A stretch of DNA of 64,000 bases from Mobula hypostoma (taxonomy: Eukaryota), in NCBI RefSeq assembly GCF_963921235.1, contig NC_086106.1, forward strand, positions 24,056,001-24,120,000, in the 5' to 3' direction. The position numbers were made by a program, and so were the translations under genes. Below, one piece after another: positions 37,601 to 49,959 of the stretch. How positions within the stretch are numbered: the stretch's first letter is position 1; each line of letters begins with the position of its first letter. The notes beneath the pieces are model-generated. The model did not search any database. It was not told where the DNA came from and worked only from the letters and a program-made list of their open reading frames with translations.

Positions 37601-38894
37601 TAGTCTTTCTGAACTTGCTTACGATCACGTCTAATCTCTGCAGCGAGTTGAAGATGCCAATACTCAAATGCTCAATGCGATTGTGGTGTGTACACAATCA
37701 CAAAACCGGAGAAATAAGTCCCAGCTTATGATTTAGTAAAACAAAAAAAAAAAAAAACAGGTTATGTTAGTTCATAAACGCCAACATGGACGTCTCGAGC
37801 TGCAGCTCTCATTGAAAACAAACAAACAAACAAAAAAGATATTCTCTTTTCAGCATGCTCACAACGATGTTTTTCCAAACCTGTTTTTCTCTTTTTCTTT
37901 TCAGACCTTTCTCTACTTGACTGAACTGAGTACGTTTTTCTATATTTATTTATTATATCCTGAATTGTAAGGCGGTCGTAGGTTTTAAGAAGTATTACGA
38001 AAGATGACGGTGATATTGAAACGGATTTTAATTGTGATTTTACCTTTCTATTGCACATACTTAATTTCTGTACAAGTGATTAAAAAAACACAAGTTTAAC
38101 ACTAGAAAGAAATATGGGGATTATAAAAGATGTATGATCACCATAAGACCAATAGGATATAGGAGCAGAGCTAGGCCATTTGGCATATCGTGTGCTCTCC
38201 GCCATTTCATTATGGCTGATGCAATTATTCCCTTAGCCCCAACTTACCTACCGGATTTCCCCCTGTCCGTTTATACATTGACCAATCAGCAGTCTATAAA
38301 ACTCGGTTGTAAATGTACGAATAAACGTGTTCCACAGCTGTCTATGACAAATAATTCCACAGGCTCACAATTCTTTGGCTTTAAAAAAATCATGCTCCCT
38401 TCTAAACCATCGCCCCTCTATACTGAGTCTGTTCCTGTGGTGTTCGACTCTTCCACCATAGGAAACATACTCTCCGCAATCAGTCTTTCAATGACTTTCA
38501 CGGCTTGATATGTTCCAATTAATTCTAATGTATAGACAAATAAATAATCTGGCGCCTCTGCTATGTCAAGTCATACAACCCTCGAATCATTTCCCTGAAT
38601 CTGTTTTGAACCTTCTCCAGTCTCAGCATACCCTCGCCTCTCTTTTACATTTTATGCATTTTAAGAAACTTTAGTTGTCCGCTATAATATTTTACGCTAT
38701 CGTACATTAGTTTTCCGTCATTGAGTTTTGTTCACATCTTGTAGCGTTCAGTATTTATTCCCAAGCCTCTAAGTTTGCGCTCATCTGTGATCTATTATAT
38801 GCCCTCTCTTTGGATTTTATGTTGGCCTTGACAGCTCCAGTTCGCTATTGTCGTGTCGTCTTTCCTTCAGAATACTTCTTCGTCTTTGTTATAT

Positions 38895-39786
38895 ATATAT
38901 TGATAGGGTGGAAGCAAAGCTTCGACGCAGCAGCATTTCAGTGCAGTAATGGGAATTACAGTAGTATGAGAGAGGAGTTGGCCAAAGTAAGTAGGAAGAA
39001 GATGCTGGCAGGGAACAACAGTCGCGTGGGTATCTGGGTATTATGAGGAAGGTACAGGATAGATGGATTCCAAAAAAGAGGACTTACTCAAACGACAAAC
39101 AGTACAACAGTGGCTGGCAAGGGAGGTCAAAACTAATGTCTAAGCAAAACAAAGCGCATGAAACAAAACAAATATTTTCAGGAAGATAGAGGATAACGTC
39201 ACTTTAAATCACTATAGAGAGCAACTAAAAAGTCGGTAGAAGCGAAAGGGTGAAATATGAAATCAAACGAGCAAGCAATATGATAGTAATAGTTTGAAAC
39301 TATGTAAATCATAGAACAGTGGTGAGTGTGGAAATAGGATCGCTAGGAAATGAGACCTGGAAATTAATAACGGTACTAAGGAGCTGGCAGATAAACAAAA
39401 TGAGCGTTTTGCAGCCGTTACTACTCTGGAATGCACAAGCAGATGCTCAGTGATGTAAGAAAGAGAAGTAAGTGCAGTTACTCTTATAAGGAAGAAGGTG
39501 CTCAAAAGGCTGAACGACATAACAGTAGTTAAGTCACCTTAACCAGATGAAGTGCACCCTAGTGTTCTAATGGAAGTAACCGTAGAGATTGTGGAGTCAT
39601 TTTAATAATACTTCGGAAAAAAAAAATATTGGACGCTGGTTTATGTCAGAGTGCTTGAAAATTGCAAATGTCATTCCCCACGTTAAGAAAGGAGCAGGGC
39701 CGTGGAAAGGAAGTTATATTAATTTAGTTTGACCTAGTGGTTGGGAAGATATTAATAATGATGAGGAGCCCTTGTAGACACAGTCT
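38895..39786 (+). mobile_element. CR1 ORF2 fragment, duplicated copy of 16920-17817
   Basis: Colinear with copy 1 until an abrupt junction at 39786. Confidence 0.8.
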
Positions 39787-41429
39787 AATATCTAACTATC
39801 TAATAATATTTCTATACCAATCGTTAAATGTGGAATTCCGCACAGAAAGTAGGAAAAGGTGATTGTGTAAATTAAGACTAGAGAGATAAAATCCATGAAG
39901 ACCATTAAATTTGCTGAACTGAGCCCATATTCTCAGAGTATCTCTAATAAGAGGATTAACAATCAGTCTAGACAAATGAAAAGGAAGTGCGGAACTGAGA
40001 GGTGCAGAAATGGAAAGATCCTTAGTCAAGTTCAACTCCATTGTTACCCATTTTGGGTAGCCAGACTGATTTTGGAAGAAAGACCAAAATAAGATAACTA
40101 ATATTGTATGTCCAGTGAAATAAACGAAAATTAGGGAAGGACATACCTGGAGAGAAATTCTGGAGAGACGTTTTTGTTTCAAACTTCTCTCATATTCTTA
40201 ATTGCCATTTAACACCTAACCCCCCTGTTGCTCTTTTTGACACCTTGTGTGAAGTAGATACGCACTTGAGTCCGACTAAAAGTCGAAGATTATCTTTTGC
40301 CTCACTCTTGGCTAGACGGATAGTTCTTCTTAGGTGGAAAGATGCTGCCCGACCCACTCACGCTTAATGGCTTAGTGATATTCTGACCTGTTTAACCTTG
40401 AAAAGATTCATTATTCACTTTTTAATTGGAACATAATGTTTCCTGAGGTGTGGTGACCTTTCTTGAATATTTTCATAACTGCTCGATAGGTGAAGTTTAT
40501 CCTTTTATTTTGTATGCTTCATTCCCTTACTTTCAGCTTCTTTTGTGTATTTTTTTTTCTTGTTTTTGTTGTGAATTGCATTGTAGTTTTGGTAGTCGGC
40601 ATTATACTTTTTCTTTATCATATATACATGTACAGTTCTGCGGGGTTGAATGCTCGCATTGTTTTTGCTTCTTTTTTTTTTGCTTTTGCGCACAGAAATG
40701 GTTGACCTGTTTTTTTTTCAGTGGGATGTTGAGGTGGATACTAATCTCAGATGATGCTATTTTGGGTGCTTTTTAAATGTATTATGAATTTGATATTGTT
40801 TGTTTTGCACTGTATCAACTTCCGTTTTGTTGATGATTGTCTTTATTCTGTAGCTCTATTGTAGAAATGTATAAACATATTTTTAAGAATGCTTTCCCGA
40901 AATACTACTACATATTTAAAGCCCTCCCTGTTTTTATCTCTAAATCCTTTGTTTGACGTTTAGATTCAATTATATCTTCTTACTTATGGAAGAATAAAAC
41001 ACCTCGATTAAACAAGGTTCATCGTCAGAAAGCTAAAAAAAAAAGGGGAATGCCCCAATCCTATTTTAGGTTTCCTGCTGAGCAGTCAAGATTTGCTACC
41101 TTACGTATCCTATATACTACATTAATCATGAACACTGTCCGGTTTGGGATTTTTCAGAAGTTAATTCTGTTAATAAATTTTCTATTATTTCTTTTCTTGG
41201 TTGTTCAATTATTTTATACTTAAATAATTTAACTGATAATTTTGTCTTTAAACATTCTTCGAGTATTTGGTTACAATTTAGAAAATTCTTTAGCTTATTT
41301 GTTTTTTCACTCACCAGTCCCATTTTTCTGAGTGTCTTTGTTAAAGCTTCTTTGACTGAGGTAGTTTATAAAGAGTAGAATAGGCTAGGTATTAAATGTT
41401 TTCAGGATCTGTTTGTGCAGGTGTATTTC

Positions 41430-44400
41430 TGTCATGTTTACGTTTGGCTATTCCTCTTTAACGTTCCTTTCTCCCTGATTATGCCCTAATTTCAACCATT
41501 AGATGCTAGTTTACTTAATTACAGTACACCTGGTTTGCATCAGAAATTGTGAAATTAGTACGATGGCGTCACTACACAGGTTGCCAGTTTGATGGTCTAT
41601 TCTTGTGTGATACTTCGTTCTCTCGTCCGCTTAGAACCGTTAGTTCTAAGTTTAGTTCCAAGTTCTACTCTAGTTTCAAGACAGTCCCTGTAGCTGCTGT
41701 CACCTTGTCAAGATCCCTCCTGTTTGCTGTTCTACGTTCACGTCTACGCCATCATTCCCAACTCAGGCGACGTGCCGGTGTCCTGCACATGGGTTCTCCT
41801 CAGTCGCCACGTGCAATAGCACAAGCTGGCCAACATGAACAGAGAATCTTCTGGAACAAGCACTCGCCAGCCAGGGTTTCCTATTGGCCTTCCACGATCG
41901 GCTGCTCCAGGGAGCCATGGAAACCCTCCGGTCCCTGTCAGTTGATGTAAGAAAGGTCAGTGAACAGGTCGACAGAGTATCCAGACATATTACAACGTCG
42001 ACTCCGAGAATTCCGTCTACCAGCCCAGACAGCCTGTGGTGGCAACTCCCAAGGCGTCAACAACACGTCCACTAAGAGACCCGCAGCCAGAGACTCTTCC
42101 TTCCCCACCTTCATCTCAGGAATAAGGAAGATTGTTGACCATCCCTTCCGCGGTAAAAATGTCGCTAAACGTCTACTCACCCTCTATCAAGGCTCACGTA
42201 GTGTTGCAGAATACTCCGTGGAGTTCCGGACATTAGCGACCGACTGGGGCTGGAATGATGAGGCACTCCAATAGGTATTTAGGCAAAGCCTCTGAGACAA
42301 GGTAAGGGACGAGTTGGCGGCTAGGGATGACACTAACCACCTGGATGTATTGACTCCCTAGCCACCAGGCTAGACAACCGACTCCGAGAACATCAGAGGG
42401 AGAGAACCGGTCGCCATACTCCTTTGGCCACCCCACGGCACGCTTTACCATGTACCACCAGTCCCAACCTCTCTCCTCCTCCAGCTCCTAGAATAGCATC
42501 CGTCCCGGCCGTTTCCACCACGATGGGGGAGGAACCAATGCAGCTGGGACGGAGCCGTCTTTCTCCCTCAGAGCGACTCCGGAGATTAAGAGCAGGGGAT
42601 GTTTCTATTACGGCAACTCTGGCCATTTCCGAGCTACCTGTTCCCAACGCCCAAAGGGGAGGGCTCACCAGTAGAAATGGGAACCCTGGTGAATCCGACT
42701 ACATTCTCTTGTGTCCCCCACTGCCGTTTGCAGATGCAATCTACCATATGCTACAACCGACAGAGCCTGTCGTTGTCTGCCCTGATAGACTCCGGTTTGA
42801 AGGGAATTTGTTGGATGAAAACATAGCTTCTCAGGTCTGAATTCCTCGGGAGCCGTTGACTGACCCTCTGGAAGTCCGGTCACTGGACGGAAGACTTCTG
42901 GCCCGAGTTACTCACTGTGCCCCACCACTGTCCTTGGTTCTGTCTGGGAACTATCCGAGAGCAGGTGCAATTTAACTTAATTTACACTCCTCAAGCTACT
43001 AGAGTTCTTGGGTACCCCTGGTTAAGCCGCCATAATCCTTACAGTGATTCGTCCACCTGGAAGATATCCAGCTGGAGTCAGTTCTGTCACGCCACTTGTC
43101 TACAGTCGGCCCTTTCCCCTGAAAAAACCACCACGACCTCACTAGCTGTTTAAACCCCTGACTTTTCCAGGGTTCCAGCAGAGTACCACAACCTGTGACA
43201 AGTGCTTAGTAAACAACGCGCTCTTTCCTTGCCTCCACATCGACCATACGATTGTGCTATCGACCTTCTCCCCGGAGATCCTCTACCCACCAGTCGGCCA
43301 TATAACTTGTTCCGGCAAGTGAGGGAAGCAATGAAGGGTTACGTCAGTGAATCTCTCGCGGCGGGCATCATCCGACCGTCATCCTCCCCGGTGAGGGCAG
43401 GGTACTTCTGTGTGGAGAAGAAGGATGGTTCACTACGTCCCTGCATCGACTGCCGAGGCCTAAATCATATAACCATAAAGAACAAGTACCCACTGTCTCT
43501 GATAAATTCTGCGTTCGAACCACTTCACGGAGCCACCATCTTCTCGAAGTTGGAACTACGAAGCGCCTACCATCTGGTCCGAATAAGGGAGAGGGACGAG
43601 TGGAAGACGACATTAAATACCCCTTTTAGGCTACTTCGAGTACTTGGTCCCGCCTTTTGGCCTCGCCAATGCCCCCGTTGTTTTTTTCAAGACTACATTA
43701 ACGATGTGCTAGGGCACTTTATTAACCGTTTTGTGTTTGTCTGTCGGGATGTCAGCTTAATCATTTTCAGCAATGCCAAGCAACAAGTTCATCATGTCCG
43801 CCAAGACCTGCAGAGGCTGCGGGAGAATAAATTATTCGTAATCCCGGAGAGGTGCGTATTCCACGTCCCCTCGGTCAGCTTCCTAGGTTATATCATCGAG
43901 AGCGGACAGGTGAGAGCTGATCCCGAGAAGAACGGGCTCTGACGGAGTGGCGCAAACACACGGTCCGCATGCAACTCCAACGGTTCCTGGGGTTTGCGAA
44001 CTTCTATCGCCGGTTCATCAGAAACTACAGTCAGGTGCCGGTTCCCCTGACCCGACTTACCTCCCCCGCCACACCTTTCCTTTGGAACTCCAAAGCGAAA
44101 TCAACATTCGCGGAACTAAAGAGACGCTTCACGTCTGCTCCCGTTTGATTCAACCGGAGCCGTCCTGTCAATTCAGTGTGGAAGTTGAATACTCCCTCTC
44201 CGGGGTGGGAGCGGTACTGTCCCAACGTTCGGGCCCGGGTCAGAAACTACATCGCTGTGCCTTCTTCTCTGGCTGACTGTCTCCGGATGAACAAAATTAC
44301 TACGTGGGGAACCGAAGCTAGTGGCGGTCAAACTGGTGTTGGAAGAATGGATAAACTGGTTGGAGTGGGCGGAACACCCGTTCATCGCCTGGACATACCA

Positions 44401-46417
44401 TAAGAACCTTGAATCTATCCAGACCGCCAAACGCCTGAATTCTCGGAAGGCCCGTTGGGCATTATGTTTTGACCGGTTCAGGTTTACCCTCACCTATCGT
44501 CCCGGGTACAAGAAAGGGAAGCCCGATGTACTCTCCCGTCAATACGTTTCCCAACCCCGACACCATCCTTCCATCAGCCTGTGTAGTGACTGCTCTCACC
44601 TGGGAGATCGAGTCTAGCGTCAAAGACGCCCAAAGGATTCAACCTGACCCAGGCATTGGACCTCCCAATCGCTTATTTGTACCGGATACTGTTCGATCGC
44701 TGGCTCTCCAGTGGAGGCACACTTCTCGTTTTTCCTGCCACCCCGCAATCAATCGGATTCTGACTATTCTGAAGAGACATTTCTGTTGGCCCACCATTGA
44801 CGTGGACACCCGTTTCTATGTGTCTGCATGTTCCGTCTGCGCCCGTCGGAAAGCCTCCCTTCGGCCACCTGCGAGATTGCGTCGTCCCCTGCCTGTCCCT
44901 GGTCGTCCCTGGTCACACATCGCTGTGGATTTCCTGATAGTTCTACCCTTTCACGTGGAAGCACTGCCGTCCTAACTGTGGTGGACCTTTTCTCCAACTC
45001 GGTGCATTTTGTAGCCCTCCCTAAACTCCCTTCCGTGCAGGAGACCGCAGACCTTCTCGTCACCCACGTTTTAAGACGTCACGGATTTCCTTCGGATATT
45101 GTCTCTGACCCGGGTCCTCAATTCATTTCGCAAGTCTGGAGATCCTTTTGTCGAGCCCTTTGTCCCTCAGTTAGCCTATCATCCGGTTTTCACCCATGGA
45201 CGAACGGACAAACGGAGCGGGTCAACCAAGAGTTTGGATGCGGCGTTACGTTGCATAACGGCCAACAACCTGTCTAGATGGAGCAAACATCTCGCATGGG
45301 TAGAATACGCCGACAACTCTCAGGTTCAACACAGAGATCGGAAAGTCTCTTTTTGAATGCTCTCTTGGTTATCAGCCCCCATGTTTCCCGTCCAGGAAGA
45401 AGGGATTGCGTTGCCGGCAGTCCAGGCCCATATACACAGGCGCCAAAAAAACCCGGGAAGATACACGCACGGCTCTGCCTCGCTCAACCAACCGTAACCG
45501 AAAATGTGCCGACCGACATCGTATCCCTGTTCCTGAGTATCGACCTGGGCAGATGGTGTGACTCTCGTATAGACACATTCCTCAGAAAAAAAACAGCCCA
45601 AGAAGCTTGCTCCCCGCTTCCTGGGATCTTTCAAGGTTGAGAACATTATCAACCCTGGGACAATCCTGCTCAAGCTACCTACGGCTTTGCGGATCCATCC
45701 TACATTTCACGTCTGCCAGTTAAAACCGGTTTCTGTCAGTCCCTCCTGCCCTGCGACCGAACCCCCTCCACCCACCTCTCTGCCCCTCTCCCCCGGATCA
45801 CCGACGACCACCCGGCTTACACTGTGCGGCGGTTATTGGATGTCTGCCGTCGGGGCAGGGGCCTCCAGTACCTGGTCAACTGAGAGGGGTACGGCCCGGA
45901 GTAACGTTCCTGGTTTCCCGCTCCTACATTCTCGACCCTTCTCTCATCCGAGATTTCCATCGGGACATGCCAGACAAGCCTGGGGGATCGCCATAGGCTC
46001 CCGTTGAGGGAGGGTAACTATCATGGTTCCGTTTGGTTGTTCCCCTTTAAACCTCCTTTATCCCTGATTATGCCATAATATCAGCCTTTAGATTTCCAGT
46101 TGCTGAGAGTTTACTTAGTTACAGTTCACGTGGTTTGCATCGCGACTGTGCAATAAGTACGCTGTCGTCACTATACAGGTTGCCAGTTTGTTGGTATATT
46201 CCTGTGTGATACTTCATTTTCTCGTCCGCCTAGGACCGTTAGTTTTAAGTTTAGTTCCAAGTTCTGCTCTAGTTTCAAGATAGTCCCCGTAGATACTGTC
46301 TCCTTTTCAAGATTCCTCCGGTTTGCTATTCTACGTTCACGTCTACTCAAGCATCCCCAACTCAGTCGATGTGTCGGTCTTCTGCACTTGGCTTCTCCTC
46401 AGCCGCCCCGTGTAACA
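41430..46417 (+). mobile_element. Full-length, degraded sushi-like chromovirus (Gypsy with chromodomain)
   Basis: LTRs 41430-41818 and 46019-46417; TSD ATTTC/CTTTC; PPT GAGGGAGGG; RT ([11 protein letters not shown]), RNase H, IN, and chromodomain [23 protein letters not shown]. Confidence 0.92.
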
Positions 46418-47525
46418 CTTTCCTGATTTGATCAAAGATCTATTTAATATAATCTTCGTAAATCTCACTTTTTTAGATCATTACAAATTAGAGACTTGCG
46501 TTCTCAACTTTATACATTTTCTAAATGCCCAGATAAGAATTTAATTGATATAATTTTTGCTTTGAAACCATTTCATAATGGTTCTATATCTAATATTTAT
46601 AGTACGTTGTTGGCATTGAGAAACATTCCGTTAGATAAAATTCAAAACCTCTGGGAACATGACCTACAGATTGTAATTTATGAGGATACTTGGAATGAAA
46701 TATTTAAACTTGTTCACACCTCTTTGTTATGTGCGTGTCACTCTCTGTTACAATTTAAAGTGGCCCATAGAGCCTATATGACTACAGATAAGCTCTCTCA
46801 TTTTTATTCAGAATTTTCTCCACGCGGAAATAGGTGTAGCGTCGAAGAGGCCTCTATAATTCATACGTTTTGGTCCTGCCAGCGGCTTGATAACTTTTGG
46901 AAAAAAGTATATCAAACTTTCTCAGAGCTTTCCAACGTAAACTTTAAACCCATCCTCTCACTGCCTTGTTTGGCTTAGTTGGAGGAAATTATTTTACTCT
47001 TAAGTCGAATGATTTGAATATTTTATCTTTTATTTCTCTTTCAGCCAGAAGAGTTTTGTTCCTTAAATGGAAAGATGCCGCTCCACCTACTCATCTTCAT
47101 TGGTTGATTGCTGTTATGCCATGTTTAAATCTAGAGAAGATGGGTTCTATTTCTATACCGAGACAAGTTTTTGTTTTTCACATTGTGGGGACCTTTCTGG
47201 AACTACTTTCGTTATTTTCGATTTCCTCAGCAATGATGATGGATATTATATGTTTGAATTTACGACTATATGTCTTTTTTTTTGTTTCTTTTCTTATAAC
47301 CAAGCAGCTTTTCTATTTTTTTCTGCTTTTTTCTCTCTTTTTTTCTATTTTGTTATGGAATTTTGTTTTTGCTTTAGAATAGATTAGATTATATCTTTTC
47401 AAAATGACGGTTAATTTATAATACATTGTTATGGGGAAATTTAATATAGTTTTTGTTTCGGTAATACCATAATGTATTTTCTATTCGGCTATTCAAATAA
47501 TTAATAAATATATTGGGATAAAAAA
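46418..47525 (+). mobile_element. L1 ORF2 C-terminus and 3' UTR
   Basis: HSLLQFKVAHRAY..RCS..SIIHTFWSC; AATAAA and A-tail at ~47505-47525. Confidence 0.82.
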
Positions 47526-49519
47526 ATGCGATATTCCCCAGTAGTCAAGCGCAATTCCCCTTCATTGACTGACCTAGGAGGTATCAATACATAAAATCCG
47601 GGATTGCAGGAGAGGCGGAATAAGATGTGTGTACAGAAAGGAGAGATAGCGATAGCGGGAACGAAACAATGTAGCACAAATGCCAGAAAGACCCAGTAAG
47701 TTTGACAAACGCATTAATGAATAAATACGTCCTGGAAAAAGTAACACTTCGGAATTTGGCCATAGACAGTCCAGTCCACGGCAGCGGAAGGAGTAGTGTA
47801 AGGCACGAGGCCAGAAGCGTCATTCCATTAAAAAAAATAAAACAGATAAGCTGAAATTCAACAAAAGCAACAAGTAGATCAGGGATACCAAGAGAATGGC
47901 TGCGCTGAAGGAGTAATTCAGGTTAGAGGATCCTGCCATGCTGCTGCCTATGCCCCGAAACGTAATGAGTTTAAGTAAATTAAAAGGTTAATTACGTACA
48001 ATATTTTAGATCCAATAAGTTGACTGTTTTTTTTTTAAATCTTACCCCAGATGCCGCGTTCCCTTTCTGATTTTATATCATTTTCACAATACATTAATTC
48101 TTCGCTCACCTGACTTTTCTTTCCCGAAAAATCAATTTGCGTAAATACCGAGAAAACATTACATCTTCCTCCCTTAACGACTCGAAAGTATTCCTTTTAA
48201 AGATCTTTTTTGAAAAAAAAAATGATAGTTATATTTGACAAGGCTCAGCATGGATCTTCGTGCTTGCCTGTTCACTTAGGAGTCACGGATTTGCTGTTGT
48301 CCATTCAACGTGTCATCAATGAATATCGTCCTGTCAAGAACGCAGAAACTGTATCAGTTTCTGCAGATGTTTATCAGACGGTTCTCCAATTCAAGAGCAT
48401 GAAATGCAAAAAATGCGTGTTCCAAATTTTAGATGCAGGAATAAAAGGAGGAGAGGTGAGTTTTGTTTAATCCATCCGGTAACTACCCATGCTCTACACA
48501 TTACAGAAAAAAATATGCCATCGATTTTCTCACCATTTCAATGTTATTCACCAAACGCATGGCAATTTTCAACAATACGTGTACTCATGGTTGAGATTTC
48601 TCCAAGGTATGGTTGTTTACTTCCCATTGACCAAATTCTGCTGTTTCAGATTTCTTCCCTCATCATTCTCAGCCACATTCTCTATTTTATTGCATCGTTG
48701 CCTCTGGTAAAGTTCCTTCACTCATTTGAAAGCCTGCACTATAGCGCATCTTTCAGGGTTTTAATTTACCTCTCAAGATATAAGCTATATAATTATGAAT
48801 GCAGGATGAGTGTGTGTTTGCGATCAACAGATCAGCTAGAATAAAGAAGACAATGACAAATAGCACCACAGAGAAACGGGAATGTGTTGGGAACGAGACA
48901 GAAACACACACATGTTTCCATGTGAGAACATCACGATGCATGCGAACAGATGGATGGTGGAACCGTTGCAGTATAGCACCATCAAATGATTCGGCTCTTT
49001 TTTTTTTCAGATCGGAGTGTCAACTGTGACTGCTGAACCGGTATACTGCATTGGGATGTTTGCGAATGACAATTCTGGGATGCCACTATTTCTTGATCAT
49101 TAGTTGAAAAATAACTTCGATCGTGCGTTGATCTCAACTTGGATTTTTGATTTGATGTTGCAGATAACACCCATGGAGATTCTAATGACTTTTGCTTCTC
49201 CCCCAGTTCAGATCAGAATTGCAGTTCCACGTTAAATTACCGTGATTGCATTGAGTTTATAGAGATATTCTTATTTCATAGACCGCCATTTGTCACTTCT
49301 TAACACCATTATATAGTCGAGGCGCAATAGATATTTGTGCATCGACCGTTCATTTGGTTGCAGTTTGGAGAACGAAAACAACAAGCATTGTGTGGAACAT
49401 GCTATACTACTCCTTCACATTATATAATTTCTCAGTCAGCGTATTTTTTTTCTTTTATTTTGTCATCCTGACAGCTGCCGAGACTGATGAAACGAGAGGA
49501 CAGAGAGCATTAAAGCTGA

Positions 49520-49945
49520 ATATGATAATTAGAAACTAGAAATATTGAAACATGGAATATCTACAGCACATTACAGTCCCTTCGACTAACAATATTAAAC
49601 TGACTATGGAAAGTAATCTGGAAGCTGCGCAGAATTTCGCGGCCGCATTGTCCTCTATTTCTCAAAGCTCCGTGTACCAATCCAAGAGCCTCTTAAAAGA
49701 CCCTACTGTATCTGCCTCTACCACCTTCGATAGCAGTGCCGTCCACGCACCCACGACTCTCTGTGTGTAGAGCTTAGCTCTGACATGCCCACTCTTCCAA
49801 GCTTTCTTAAACCTATGCCCCCTGTGTTAGCCATTTCAGCACAGGAAACGAGGCCTGTGGCGATCCTCACGATCAGTGCCTGTCATGATTTTATACATCT
49901 CTATTAGGTCACTTATCACCATCCGTCGCTACAAGGAGAAAATGC
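49520..49945 (-). mobile_element. Old CR1 3' fragment
   Basis: Reverse-complement CR1 terminus resembling those at 16175 and 54535. Confidence 0.6.
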
Positions 49946-49959
49946 AAGTTAAATCAACG

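Larger units (their letters stand above)
31646..49101 (+). repeat. Tandem segmental duplication, copy 2 (V cassette)
   Basis: 31646 matches 11924; 48785-49101 matches 31322-31644; junction reads GATCATT-G-TCTACGAC. Confidence 0.9.

Noticed and set aside
48433-48461. Collagen-like micro-exon GIKGGE with GTGAGT donor
   Set aside because: Single 23-nt candidate, no partner exons; expected by chance.
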